A DNA stretch of 61,253 bases from contig JBKCUU010000086.1 in the NCBI GenBank assembly GCA_046318155.1, forward strand, positions 1 to 61,253, in the 5' to 3' direction. Made by a program: the position numbers and the translations under genes. The notes beneath the pieces are model-generated. The model searched no databases, was not told where the DNA came from, and saw only the letters and a program-made list of their open reading frames with translations. Shown in pieces: positions 1 through 9,761 of this stretch. Position 1 is the first letter of the stretch, and each line of letters opens with the position of its first letter. The stretch is from Bdellovibrio sp. GTDB lineage: Bacteria; Bdellovibrionota; Bdellovibrionia; Bdellovibrionales; Bdellovibrionaceae.

Positions 1-6
1 ACTCTT

Positions 7-35
7 ATTGTGCTAAAATTAGCACAATTTGTCAA
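7..35 (-). promoter_or_regulatory. Leftward sigma70-like promoter with overlapping palindromic operator
   Basis: Minus strand reads TTGACA (30-35), 17-bp spacer, CACAAT. The perfect inverted repeat ATTGTGCTAA-AA-TTAGCACAAT at 7-28 covers the spacer and -10. Confidence 0.5.
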
Positions 36-93
36 GGGAAGAGCTTGAAAAAAAAGAATTAGCTATAAAAGTCGTTATATCGCAGAAGAAATC

Positions 94-124
94 AATGGGG
101 CCGATTTCTCAGCCCCATTTTTTT
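94..124 (+). terminator. Probable intrinsic terminator hairpin
   Basis: AATGGGGC-10 nt loop-GCCCCATT followed by a T-run. Confidence 0.55.
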
Positions 125-261
125 AGGATGCCCTGAATATATCGTCGTCATCGACTTCGGTGTTTTTATAGATATTGATGACCTTTTCAGCCTGGTCTTC
201 GTAGTTCATGTAAGAAGCTTTCATCAAGATCTAGAATCACGATGAGTTTTCCAAGAACTGT

Positions 262-444
262 CTATTTTCTTCGAGGCCAATTCACCCAAACAAGAAAAAC
301 GACGGGAAGTAGACATAGCATACCAATAAAGGTGCCCAGAGAAAGTTCAATTTCTCTGTTGCTGACAAAGTAGACAACGGCGCCACAAACCATTGAGATC
401 AGAAAATTAAACACACCCAGAATTACGATCTCAATTAAAGTCAT
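262..444 (-). CDS. Small hypothetical two-TM membrane protein (ORF extends to 513)
   Basis: Two hydrophobic stretches and a basic C-terminus (WPRRK); no recognisable family. Confidence 0.3.
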   Translation of the reverse strand: MTLIEIVILGVFNFLISMVCGAVVYFVSNREIELSLGTFIGMLCLLPVVFLVWVNWPRRK

Positions 445-706
445 AGTTATGATCTTCTTCTTAGGAAAAGTTGCGATCAAGAAAGAAATGTCTAGCCCCC
501 ACATAACTCTCATTTCAGATGAGCCTTCCTAAAATCAGGTATCGATGGCTATGCTCTCGATTCCAGAAGACTTCTGGCCAGACCGGCCTTTCCTGATCGG
601 TTTTGACGGAGATCTTCGCTTTTAGCCCTCCTCGGCTCATTTTTCTCACTCCGACAGCGATTTTCGATTCCGCAAACTCATGTAATCACGTAATAAATCC
701 CGCTTT

Positions 707-2234
707 TGCATCCGTGCTGCCGAATTTTTCGGCGCGTATTCACCTTGGGGTCTTCAATGAATGCTGTTCAATACCGATCCTACCCCGACATCGTCAAAGC
801 CGAGATCGCGCGTACAAAAAACGTCTACCTTTTCCCTGACCTTAAGATCCCGAGAACCACCGCTCAGTACTGGGTTAAAAAGCAGCGGACTTCGCGACCA
901 GCAACGGTTATTGAGATCGAATCTGTTTATAGAAAGAAGTCGGAATTCTTGGCCAGCGAACTCGCCAAAGAAAAGGCCATGCGGCTTCTTCTCGAAACGG
1001 TCAGGAAGGTCTTCCCTTTTGATTTTCGAGTAAAGCAACTCAAGAACAAACACTCGCGGGCGCAAATTATCGCGGCCATTCAGGAGTGCGCGAAGTTTCA
1101 CAAGCTGGCGCACTGCCTTGATGCCATTGGGCTTTCCAAAAGCGCTTATCGTCGCTGGTCTTCTGAAATCTCCCTCTGCGATAGCGCCAAGAGCCCGTGC
1201 GGAAGACGGCGCGCAGCTCAGCTGACCGACGATGAACTCTCGGTGATGAAGAGATTCGTGACGTCGAAGAAGTACGCGCACATCTCGGTCGCATCCCTGC
1301 ACCTTTTGGCACAGCGAGGGGGCGAACTTTTTTGCTCGGCCGATAGCTGGTACAAATACATCCGCGTCTTTGAATGGAAGAGACCCTGGTTAATGACGAA
1401 GAAGGAATCCAAGAAGGTCGGCATTCGCGCGACAAAGCCCAATGAAATCTGGCATATCGATGTCACGGAGGTTGGAATTGGGGCGGGAGTAAAGCTCTAT
1501 GTTCAAGCCGTGATCGATAACTTCTCGCGCTTCGTGTTGGCGTGGCGGGTGACAGAGGAAATCAACGCGCAAAACACCGTTGAAACCTTAAGCCTTGCGC
1601 GTGAGAAGGCCAGCGCTTTACTGAACGCGGAAATGACCTCGAATGTGATGATGGACCCAGGCACTGAAAACAACAACGGCAAGGTTCTTCAGTTCATCAC
1701 CTCGAAAAACCTGTTGCGCACCCTCGCTCAAGTGGACATCCACTATTCGAACTCGATGGTGGAGGGACTCTTTCATGGCTTTAAGAACAAGTACCTCTAC
1801 CATCAAAAGGTCAAGGGTATCGAAGACCTGACGAGGAAGACGAATTTCTATTTCCGGCAGCACAATGAAGTTGTTCCACTCGCCGTTCACAAAGGCGGGA
1901 GACCACGCGAAGTTTTTCTCTCGGCATGGAATGAAGCTACTCGGCATGAACTTGAAGCCAATAAAGCCAATGCCTTCCTGGCCAGAAAGAAGAAGAACCT
2001 CGCTCCACCTTGTTCGACCTGTCCGATCTGAAAAATCTCGCGGTAAATTTCAAAATTGAATTCACTTCCCATGCTTCAAAAAGTTCGGTCACGCGGAAGC
2101 TGCGCATTCCGGTTGATGGCGACGGATCTCCAGTAGAAAATCCGCAATTTTCAAACGAAGAATTGCGCGCCTTGCTCTGAACTCGATGCACAAAAACCAA
2201 ATCTGCCGACGAAAAATTCGGCAGTTCGGGTGCA
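707..2234 (+). mobile_element. Insertion sequence (~1.5 kb) with DDE/rve transposase, IS3/IS481-like
   Basis: Imperfect 28-bp terminal inverted repeats: TGCATCCGTGCTGCCGAATTTTTCGGCG (707-734) versus reverse complement of 2207-2234 TGCACCCGAACTGCCGAATTTTTCGTCG (24/28 identical, TG...CA ends). They enclose a single transposase ORF. No target-site duplication seen. Confidence 0.75.
757..2031 (+). CDS. DDE-type integrase/transposase (rve core)
   Basis: PNEIWHIDVT, VIDNFSR, MMDPGTEN and NSMVEGLFHGFK give the D-D-E triad. N-terminal HTH-like segments and C-terminal CSTC. ATG at 757 preferred over TTG at 706, which overlaps the IR. Confidence 0.9.
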   Translation: MNAVQYRSYPDIVKAEIARTKNVYLFPDLKIPRTTAQYWVKKQRTSRPATVIEIESVYRKKSEFLASELAKEKAMRLLLETVRKVFPFDFRVKQLKNKHSRAQIIAAIQECAKFHKLAHCLDAIGLSKSAYRRWSSEISLCDSAKSPCGRRRAAQLTDDELSVMKRFVTSKKYAHISVASLHLLAQRGGELFCSADSWYKYIRVFEWKRPWLMTKKESKKVGIRATKPNEIWHIDVTEVGIGAGVKLYVQAVIDNFSRFVLAWRVTEEINAQNTVETLSLAREKASALLNAEMTSNVMMDPGTENNNGKVLQFITSKNLLRTLAQVDIHYSNSMVEGLFHGFKNKYLYHQKVKGIEDLTRKTNFYFRQHNEVVPLAVHKGGRPREVFLSAWNEATRHELEANKANAFLARKKKNLAPPCSTCPI

Positions 2235-2550
2235 GAGAAGATCACAGCTAAAGGCGTTACTCATGTTATTTTGTTTACTGTGTTCATGATCGAAGACGAC
2301 TTCTCATCGGGCCAAAAGACTTTGCGTAAGTGATTGAGGAAATTCAGTAATGCGCTGAACTTAGGACGAAAATTGCGATTTTGCGGAAAACTTTCAAGTG
2401 AGAAATTTCCCAAAATCCTTTTAATTTGCGCTGGGATAGATTCCCTCCAGATCGACTCGCTGTACTAAAAAGGACACGCGTTGAGTTGCCTCAAGCTAAT
2501 GATTCCCTGCTTCTGAGCTTTTGCTGCTCAGGCGATGCCAACCGGGAATC

Positions 2551-2583
2551 AGTGGCACCCGAGTGGCACCTGAAAGGCACCCA
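2551..2583. repeat. Three tandem imperfect 11-bp repeats (possible integrase arm-type sites)
   Basis: AGTGGCACCCG / AGTGGCACCTG / AAAGGCACCCA, about 130 bp beyond the tRNA-Pro 3' end. Confidence 0.6.
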
Positions 2584-2710
2584 AGTTCGTTATTTTCCGT
2601 TATTGATTGTTATTTTTCGCGATGAAGGACTCAGCTAACTCTTTGAAATCACTCGTGTGTAATTTTAATGATTTATCTGAAATGGAAACTTAGAAGGGGG
2701 GGTTAGAAAT

Positions 2711-2787
2711 TGGTCGGCGTGGCCGGATTTGAACCGACGACCCCTTGCACCCCAAGCAAGTGCTCTACCAAGCTGAGCCACACGCCG
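2711..2787 (-). tRNA. tRNA-Pro(GGG)
   Basis: Reverse complement CGGCGTGTGGCTCAGCTTGGTAGAGCACTTGCTTGGGGTGCAAGGGGTCGTCGGTTCAAATCCGGCCACGCCGACCA folds as a cloverleaf with anticodon loop TT-GGG-GT, T-loop GTTCAAATC and encoded CCA. Conserved position after ihfA-merR. Confidence 0.97.
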
Positions 2788-2829
2788 ACTTCCTTCGATA
2801 AGGAAGCCATCAAGCTACAAAAAAAGGAC

Positions 2830-3330
2830 TCAATTGAAAAGCATTTTTAGTTGGCGCAGATCCAGTAAAAGATCGTCCAAACGGTCATTCATGGTCTCGA
2901 CGCGCTGATTGAGATGGCTCCAGTCCTTTTCTTTCTTCACAAAAGAACGGACATCCTTAAGAGCAGCACGGGCGCCCTCAATCGAGAAGCGATCACGGTG
3001 CAAAAGCTTGCGGATGATATAGGCGTTCTCGACGTCTTTTTTAGTGTAGTAGCGCTGATTGTTGGCGGCTTTTTTAGGCTTCAGTACGTCAAACTCAGAC
3101 TCCCAGTATCTGAGCACGTACTGCTTCACGCCCAGCATGTCCGCAACTTCACCAATTTTAAAGCCCATCTTGTCGGGGATCGAATTGATCTCTTCAAGCA
3201 AAGCCTCGTCGCAAAGAGCAGCAGGCAGAGTCAGGGCACGGCTGTCCGGAAGAACTGAAGGATGCACCATCGGTGAACGCTCAGCGATCACCTTCTCGGC
3301 AAACACATCATCCAATGTCATCTCATTCAT
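2830..3330 (-). CDS. MerR-family HTH transcriptional regulator
   Basis: FKIGEVADMLGVKQYVLRYWESEF...QRYY motif. RBS AGGAGG upstream. Usual neighbour of ihfA. Confidence 0.9.
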   Translation of the reverse strand: MNEMTLDDVFAEKVIAERSPMVHPSVLPDSRALTLPAALCDEALLEEINSIPDKMGFKIGEVADMLGVKQYVLRYWESEFDVLKPKKAANNQRYYTKKDVENAYIIRKLLHRDRFSIEGARAALKDVRSFVKKEKDWSHLNQRVETMNDRLDDLLLDLRQLKMLFN

Positions 3331-3361
3331 CGCCCCTCCTGGGTCTTTGTCAGGAACTCAA

Positions 3362-3709
3362 TTACTCTTCGTCCTTACCAACCAAATGTTGATAGTCCTC
3401 GCCATTCACCATGGCTTTTAGAACCTGGCTGGGACGAAAGGTGACCACGCGGCGAGCGCTGATTTTAATCTGCTCACCCGTCTGAGGATTGCGTCCAATA
3501 CGCTCGTTCTTTCCGCGCACGACAAAATTTCCAAAGCCCGAAATCTTCACTTTTTCATTTTTGTGAAGAACACCTTTGAGCGTATCAAAAACAAGCTCAA
3601 CGAGTTCAGAGGCTTCTTTTTTCGAGAAACCAATTTTGCCATAGACCTTCTCGACAATGTCAGCCTTCGTCATTGTTGATCTCGCGATGTCGTCACCATT
3701 TTGGGCCAT
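3362..3709 (-). CDS. ihfA: Integration host factor alpha subunit
   Basis: MTKADIVE, VKISGFGNF, GRNPQTGEQIKISARRVVTFRPSQVLK; follows pheT. Confidence 0.93.
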   Translation of the reverse strand: MAQNGDDIARSTMTKADIVEKVYGKIGFSKKEASELVELVFDTLKGVLHKNEKVKISGFGNFVVRGKNERIGRNPQTGEQIKISARRVVTFRPSQVLKAMVNGEDYQHLVGKDEE

Positions 3710-3758
3710 GTTCACCTCTTGCTCTAACAGGCTAGCAAGTACTTAAAAACAATCAAGT

Positions 3759-6203
3759 TTATCGAGTCGTTAGGCCCCATTTTTGCCCGAGAGTGTCTAG
3801 AATCCCCTTGATAGAGGCTAAAACCAGGTCATCTTGCAGCGTGCCATTTTCATCCTGAAAGCTCAGGCGGAAAGCCACCGATCGCTGACCCACCGGAAGT
3901 TTGTCACCAACGTACTGGTCAAACACCTGGACCTGACTCAATTTCGGTCCGCCCGCCTTTTTGATTTCAGCGATCACATCCGCAACAGGCAAGGACTTTG
4001 GCATCAGCAAAGCCAAATCACGCTCAATCTTTGGAAACCGAGAAAAATCCGAATACTTTTGCAAGCGCGGCTGTCCCTTGAACAAAGGCTCAAGCTCAAT
4101 TTCGGCAATCGCCACTTGCGTCCGAACTTTTTCATCATTGAGCAGAACAGGGTGCAGACTTCCTAAGAAGCCCATCTTCGCGCCTTCCTTTTCGAGAAGA
4201 GCAAATTGTCCACGGTGCAAAAAGTCTGGCGTCTGACCACGGTCCGAGAGCTGCGAAAACTTAAAGTTCACAATTCCAAAGTGACCCATGACCTCTGCCA
4301 ATGCGCTCTTAACTTCGAGCACCACCGAATGCGAGGGGTTTGCATTCCACAAGCTGGTTTGAAATCCCCAAGCAATCACGCCCAAGCGCCAATGCTCAGC
4401 AAATCCACCCTCTTTGAGCTCAAATGTTTTACCGATCTCGAACAAACGTCCGGCTTCGTTCCCTTGGCGATAATTGTCTAAGCAGTTTTTCCATAAGCTC
4501 ATCGAAAGCGTTGAGCGCATGACATTGATGTCGTCACTCAAAGGATTCACAAGCTTGATCGGTTTTTCGGAAACGGCCAGGCCTGATGCCGAGAGATGAG
4601 AAAAGTTTTTCAGAAATTCACGTTCATTTTTCTCACCGACGAAAGCATAGTTCTGCGCTTCAAAACAACCTTCAGCGCGCATCACGCGTGAAAGCTTTTG
4701 CCTTAAACGATAGTTCATATCGTGCGCCGCTGGCTTCTCGCTGGTGAGCGGAAGTTTCTCGGGAATTTTATCGTAGCCATTCAGGCGCGCATACTCCTCG
4801 ACCAAATCCATTTCGATCTCAAGATCAAACCTGAACGTGGGTGGCATGATTTGATAGCCCCCACCCGTCTGCATTTTCTCGAGCCCACAACCCAAGCGAG
4901 TCATGAAAGTCTCAAACAGAGCGGCGTCTGCGGGATAACCTAGGCGCTGCGAAATGGTCTCGAGATTTGTCGTGATCGGCGATTTTCTGACAGGTTTTGG
5001 ATAAACATCATGCGGCAGCGAGAACGCCGCACCGCCAGCCACCTTTAAAATGAGCTCTGTCGCTCGGTCCATTGCTCGCAGTGTTCCATCGGGATCCACG
5101 CCGCGAGTAAAGCGGTAGGCCGAATCTGTTTGAATGCCGTGCAAGCGCGAAGCCTTACGAACCGAAGACGGTTCAAAGTAAGCCGCCTCTAAAAACAAAT
5201 CCGTCGTTGCGTCTGAAACGCCCGAGTTGAGACCGCCGACAACGCCGGCCATGGCGAGACTGCGCTCACCGTCTTTAATCATGAGCTCTTCGCCCGTGAG
5301 CTTCTTCTCAGTTCCGTCGAGCGATTTAAAAATCTCACCTGCTATCGCTTTGGTCACATTAACTTGATTGCCGCGAATTTCTCTCGCATCAAACGCGTGC
5401 AAGGGCTGTCCCATTTCCATCATCACGTAATTGGTGACGTCGACAACGTTATTGATCGAATTCAGACCAACTGATTCAAGGCGAACCTTGAGCCACTCAG
5501 GGCTAGGGCCGACCTTCACGCCTGAGATGAAACGCCCGCAATACCGAGGGCACGCTTCGGTGTCTTGAACATTCAAACGAACTTGTTCTTTGGTCGAACG
5601 TTCGCTCGTTGCAAAATCAGGAATATGAATCTTCAAAGGGCGGTCAAGCAAACACGAGACTTCGCGGGCCAAACCATAATGACTCAGGCAATCCGCACGG
5701 TTCGGCGTGACCTTCAGTTCAAACGTCACATCGTCGAGGCCTTTATACTCGGCAAAGGCTTTTCCGATGATGGCCTCGGGAGGCAAGATTTCGATGCCGC
5801 CAGATTCTTTGGCTAAACCCAGTTCTTTTAGCGAACACAACATGCCGCCAGAATCAACGCCGCGAACGACCGCTTTTTTGATCGCAAAGTTCCCTGGCAA
5901 AACAGCACCGGGCAAAGCCACGATTACGCGATCATTGGCTTTGTGATTTTGCGCTCCGCAAACGATCTGGTGAACAACACCGTCGCCCGTCGTCACCTGG
6001 CACAGCGACAACTTGTCGGCATTGGGATGCTTGTCTTTGGTCAGAATCAAACCGACAACGACATTTTGAAAATCTTTGGCTTTGTTCGAAATTTCTTCGA
6101 CCTCAAGACCCGCAGCCGTGAGCAAATTCCCCAGCGCTTCGGGCTTGGTCATGTAGTCCTTGATCTCGACAAAATCTTGAAGCCACTTCAATGAAATTTT
6201 CAT
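3759..6203 (-). CDS. pheT: Phenylalanine--tRNA ligase beta subunit
   Basis: [41 protein letters not shown] and a C-terminal FDX-ACB domain. Confidence 0.97.
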   Translation of the reverse strand: MKISLKWLQDFVEIKDYMTKPEALGNLLTAAGLEVEEISNKAKDFQNVVVGLILTKDKHPNADKLSLCQVTTGDGVVHQIVCGAQNHKANDRVIVALPGAVLPGNFAIKKAVVRGVDSGGMLCSLKELGLAKESGGIEILPPEAIIGKAFAEYKGLDDVTFELKVTPNRADCLSHYGLAREVSCLLDRPLKIHIPDFATSERSTKEQVRLNVQDTEACPRYCGRFISGVKVGPSPEWLKVRLESVGLNSINNVVDVTNYVMMEMGQPLHAFDAREIRGNQVNVTKAIAGEIFKSLDGTEKKLTGEELMIKDGERSLAMAGVVGGLNSGVSDATTDLFLEAAYFEPSSVRKASRLHGIQTDSAYRFTRGVDPDGTLRAMDRATELILKVAGGAAFSLPHDVYPKPVRKSPITTNLETISQRLGYPADAALFETFMTRLGCGLEKMQTGGGYQIMPPTFRFDLEIEMDLVEEYARLNGYDKIPEKLPLTSEKPAAHDMNYRLRQKLSRVMRAEGCFEAQNYAFVGEKNEREFLKNFSHLSASGLAVSEKPIKLVNPLSDDINVMRSTLSMSLWKNCLDNYRQGNEAGRLFEIGKTFELKEGGFAEHWRLGVIAWGFQTSLWNANPSHSVVLEVKSALAEVMGHFGIVNFKFSQLSDRGQTPDFLHRGQFALLEKEGAKMGFLGSLHPVLLNDEKVRTQVAIAEIELEPLFKGQPRLQKYSDFSRFPKIERDLALLMPKSLPVADVIAEIKKAGGPKLSQVQVFDQYVGDKLPVGQRSVAFRLSFQDENGTLQDDLVLASIKGILDTLGQKWGLTTR

Positions 6204-7252
6204 AAAGCACCTCCCGTGACGAACTGGCCTAAGAAGCGCAAGTCGTTTTCGGGAAACAAACGAATATCCGTAATGCCATATTTAATAATCGCCATTCGCT
6301 CGATCCCGAAACCAAAGGCAAAGCCCTGCCATTTCGAAGTGTCGATGCCCGACTGCTCAAAAACTTTAGGATTCACAAGCCCGCAGCCGCCAATTTCGAT
6401 CCAGCCCGAATGCTTGCACAGACTGCAACCTTGGCCTTTGCAAATAGGGCAGGTGCAATCCACTTCGGCCGAAGGCTCAGTGAACGGAAAAAAGCTCGGG
6501 CGAAAGCGAACCGCGAGGTTGCTTCCGAAAAACTCTTTCACAAAAAAGCTGATGCTCCCTTTCAGGTCCGCCATCGAGACTTTTTCATCAACGCAGATAC
6601 CTTCGATTTGATGAAAGTGCGGCAAGTGCGAGATGTCGCTATCGCAGCGAAAAACGGCGCCCGTTCCGATCAAACGAAGAGGCGGTTTTTCAGATTGGTA
6701 AACGTGCACTTGAATGGGGCTCGTGTGCGTGCGAAGCACGTGCGTCCCATCGACAAAAAAGGTATCTTGCATGTCACGGGCGGGGTGATTTTTAGGAATA
6801 TTCAACGCTTCAAAATTGTAAAAGTCTGATTCAATGAGCGGACCTTGGCGCAGTGAATAGCCCAAGCGCGATAAGATCGCGACGATTTCGTTCGTCACAC
6901 TCGACACCGGGTGCTCCGAACCCACTGCACGCGGAGGACCGGGTAAAGTCAGATCCAATTCTTCGCTTTGCATGCGAGCTTCGATCTCTTGGACCTTCAG
7001 ACCCTCTTCGGCTTTGACGTAGGCCTCTTCGAGTGCTTGCTTCACTTCGTTAACGAGTTTACCGAAACCGGGCTTGTCTTCTTTGGGAAGGGCTGCCATT
7101 TCTTTCATAATTTCGGTGACTTGACCGGATTTCCCCCAGTACTCCACCTTCACTTGGTAGAGGGCGGCACTAGTAGCTGACGCCGCGATTTTTTCGAGAG
7201 CGTCTTTTTTCAAAGTATCGAGTTTTGATTGCGCGACTTGAGTTTGTGACAT
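6200..7252 (-). CDS. pheS: Phenylalanine--tRNA ligase alpha subunit
   Basis: [40 protein letters not shown] and a CxxCxxxGCxxC zinc insert. Start at 7252 inferred (ORF extends to 7303). Confidence 0.97.
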   Translation of the reverse strand: MSQTQVAQSKLDTLKKDALEKIAASATSAALYQVKVEYWGKSGQVTEIMKEMAALPKEDKPGFGKLVNEVKQALEEAYVKAEEGLKVQEIEARMQSEELDLTLPGPPRAVGSEHPVSSVTNEIVAILSRLGYSLRQGPLIESDFYNFEALNIPKNHPARDMQDTFFVDGTHVLRTHTSPIQVHVYQSEKPPLRLIGTGAVFRCDSDISHLPHFHQIEGICVDEKVSMADLKGSISFFVKEFFGSNLAVRFRPSFFPFTEPSAEVDCTCPICKGQGCSLCKHSGWIEIGGCGLVNPKVFEQSGIDTSKWQGFAFGFGIERMAIIKYGITDIRLFPENDLRFLGQFVTGGAL

Positions 7253-7315
7253 AGGTTTCGGATTATCTGACGATTTCGCTAGTGATTTCAAGATGAAAGC
7301 CAATATATTTCAATC

Positions 7316-8134
7316 ATGGCGCACAAGAATAGAACCAACATTTCGCCGCTCAAAAGCCACCAGGGAAAAACCCATAAAAAACCCCTCCAGATCTTTAACG
7401 CCTTCGAGGCTGAAGACCGACTTCGGGACCTGTTTCAAAACCACGGGATGGGCCACATAACGCCGGATCAGCGCAAGGCGCTTGCGGCCTTTTACGTCCT
7501 TTTGATGGAGAACCAAAAAACCGAGAATTTCACCCGCTTGCTGAGCCTTAAAGACGTGGGCATTCGGCACTACGTCGACTGCCTTATTGTTGCGCAGCTG
7601 ACGACCCTCAAATTCCCGTTGGTGGATGTCGGCACCGGTCCTGGATTTCCGGGCATCCCGCTCAAGATTTTGTTTCCCAATCAAAAAATTATCCTGGCCG
7701 AAGGGGTACAAAGACGCGTGGAGTTCTTAAAACAAGTCCGCCAAAGCCTTGCTCTTCCCAACCTTGATATCATCGGCCGTAACATCAACCCTTGGTTCAT
7801 GTACCCCGTTCAAGGAGTGATCACCCGCGCGGTCGAAGACGTGCGCAACACACTTCAAAATGTCTTGTCGTGCGTTCAAATGGGCGGCCGCGTGTACCTG
7901 ATGAAGGGTCCCAATGTCGATCCCGAAATCAAAGTGGCCCAGGCAGAAGTGGGAGAATTTTATAAACTCGTTGAAGACCACGCCTATTTACTCCCCCAGA
8001 CGTCGCATGAGCGCCGGCTTTTGGTTTTTGAAAAAATCAAACACGCGCCTCTTCCCAGCATTGACGATGAGCCCTGGCCGCAAGACGAGCTTTTCGACAA
8101 TCAAAATTTGAAATTTAAAAAGAGCACGTCATGA
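7316..8134 (+). CDS. rsmG: 16S rRNA m7G527 methyltransferase RsmG/GidB-like
   Basis: ENFTRL, RHYVDCL, VDVGTGPGFPGIPL, ITRAV, MKGP. Confidence 0.85.
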   Translation: MAHKNRTNISPLKSHQGKTHKKPLQIFNAFEAEDRLRDLFQNHGMGHITPDQRKALAAFYVLLMENQKTENFTRLLSLKDVGIRHYVDCLIVAQLTTLKFPLVDVGTGPGFPGIPLKILFPNQKIILAEGVQRRVEFLKQVRQSLALPNLDIIGRNINPWFMYPVQGVITRAVEDVRNTLQNVLSCVQMGGRVYLMKGPNVDPEIKVAQAEVGEFYKLVEDHAYLLPQTSHERRLLVFEKIKHAPLPSIDDEPWPQDELFDNQNLKFKKSTS

Positions 8135-8868
8135 TCAATATTTCGAGCTCCGTGAACCCTCAGGTTCGCGTTTGGAAATCGCTCTCAACGTCAAAGGGCA
8201 TCCGCAAAGAGGGTCTCTTCATCCTCTCGGGTGAAAAGCTCATTCGCGAATTTTCTCGCAGCAGACGTGTCGACGTTGTCGCCGAGATCATCAACCAGGA
8301 TCTTGAGCCCATCACCCAAGCACCGACCTGCTTTATGCTGACCAAAGAGTTGTTCAACGACGTCGATGAGCTCGGAACGCACTTTAATTTGCTCGTCTGC
8401 AAAGCCCCCGAAATGGAACCTTGGGACAGCCACTCGTCAGCTGCAGGCCTCGAAGTTTTTTGCCCTTTGGGAGATCCCAAAAATTTAGGTGCGCTTTTAC
8501 GGTCCGCCGAAGCTTTTGGCGCCAGTAAAGTCGTCTTGCTTGAAGAAGCCGCTCACCCCTTTTTACCGGCGGCGATTAAAGCCTCGGCGGGATCAAGCCT
8601 CAATGTCAAATTGCAACGAGGTCCGGCTTTGCGGTCCCTCGAAGGCGAATTTTACGCTCTCGAGCTCGAGGGCACTCCCCTTCCGCTACTCAAATGGCCG
8701 GCCCACGTTCGAATACTTGTGGGTGAAGAAGGACCGGGATTAAAAGCACTCGGCCCCAACGCAAAGATCCGCCAGATTTCGATTCCCACAAGGGGAGTCG
8801 AGTCGCTCAACGCGACCGTTGCAGCCTCGATCACGATGTTTCACTACCGCCAGCAAAATCAAATTTGA
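8131..8868 (+). CDS. TrmH/SpoU-family RNA methyltransferase
   Basis: DPKNLGALLRSAEAFG, VGEEGPGL, VESLNATVAASI. ATGA overlap with rsmG. Confidence 0.9.
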   Translation: MINISSSVNPQVRVWKSLSTSKGIRKEGLFILSGEKLIREFSRSRRVDVVAEIINQDLEPITQAPTCFMLTKELFNDVDELGTHFNLLVCKAPEMEPWDSHSSAAGLEVFCPLGDPKNLGALLRSAEAFGASKVVLLEEAAHPFLPAAIKASAGSSLNVKLQRGPALRSLEGEFYALELEGTPLPLLKWPAHVRILVGEEGPGLKALGPNAKIRQISIPTRGVESLNATVAASITMFHYRQQNQI

Positions 8869-9761
8869 AAACAGGGAATGAGCTTATCACGAAGCTCTAG
8901 GCGGGGCGGCACCGCCCAAAAACTTAAAATATACCCGCCATTGCCAGAACCTGTTGGCTTAACAGCCGCGGCACCTTGCCCGCGAAGCCAGTTCATATGA
9001 CTTTGCACGACCCCGCCGGTGAGTCCCCACGCGGTGAATGCGTTGGCCGCGAGTGTAAATGCTTTCTCGAGCAAAACTTCGCCTTCGGCTCGAGGGAGCT
9101 GAAGCGCATTTTCGCACATCTGGACGGCTTCTGCCATTTGTGCATCAAGCATTTGGCCTTTGGCGGCGTCCTCTGCGATTAACTTTTTGACCCGGTTCAC
9201 ACACTCAACAGTCATCCCACGTTGGCCCGAGTACGAGACGTAGAGTCCCGGTGTCCATTTGCGAGCTGGCAAAACTTGGGGAGCTTGTCCGCGCACAAAT
9301 CGCAAAGGCTTGCCCGAGATCGCAACCGCAATATCGACACCAGAAGATTCTCCGTGAAAGAGATTTTCAAGCGTGCGTGAGAATTCAGCCACTTCATCGC
9401 TTGAAATAACCGAAAGATGAGCAAACCAACGAGACATCGCCACGCAAAGCGCCGCGCTCGCCCCCAAGCCCGCTCCGACCGGAATTTGACTGGTTAACTT
9501 GACCTGTCCACCAAAGATGGAACGTGGCACTTTTTTAAGTTCACAGGCCTTTTCGAGAACGCCCCAAAACAAGATCTGCAATTCTTCGCCATGTTGACCG
9601 GCCAATTCAAGATGCAGCTGCCCGTCCGCACTTGCGGGCAAGAAATCGAGCGAGAGAACGCGCGACTCGAGCGGAAACACAAGTGCCGGACTTCCCCGCA
9701 GGACCGAATGTTCCCCTGCCAGAATCCATTTCCCGGTGGTTTCCGAGCGAAAAGAATTCAC
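8859..9761 (-). CDS. mvaK1: Mevalonate kinase (GHMP family)
   Basis: GKWILAGEHSV, IPVGAGLGASAA, FHGESSGVD, KPTGSGNGG. GTG start overlapping the mvaD stop is inferred. Confidence 0.85.
   Translation of the reverse strand: MNSFRSETTGKWILAGEHSVLRGSPALVFPLESRVLSLDFLPASADGQLHLELAGQHGEELQILFWGVLEKACELKKVPRSIFGGQVKLTSQIPVGAGLGASAALCVAMSRWFAHLSVISSDEVAEFSRTLENLFHGESSGVDIAVAISGKPLRFVRGQAPQVLPARKWTPGLYVSYSGQRGMTVECVNRVKKLIAEDAAKGQMLDAQMAEAVQMCENALQLPRAEGEVLLEKAFTLAANAFTAWGLTGGVVQSHMNWLRGQGAAAVKPTGSGNGGYILSFWAVPPRLELRDKLIPCFQI

Noticed and set aside
123..224. Short minus-strand reading MKASYMNYEDQAEKVINIYKNTEVDDDDIFRAS*
   Set aside because: Protein-like but only about 33 codons, with no RBS or family evidence; it may be a fragment and cannot be supported.
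2137..2383. Short imperfect inverted pair AAAATCCGCAATTTTC / GAAAATTGCGATTTTG around the right IS end
   Set aside because: Low complexity and straddles the better-supported terminal repeat; may be chance.
2426..2638. 70-aa ORF across the GGCACC repeats
   Set aside because: TTG start, no RBS or motif; the region reads better as non-coding att-like DNA.
7253..7315. Possible pheM-like Phe-rich leader upstream of pheS
   Set aside because: No Phe-codon run or terminator, and too little space before the divergent rsmG.
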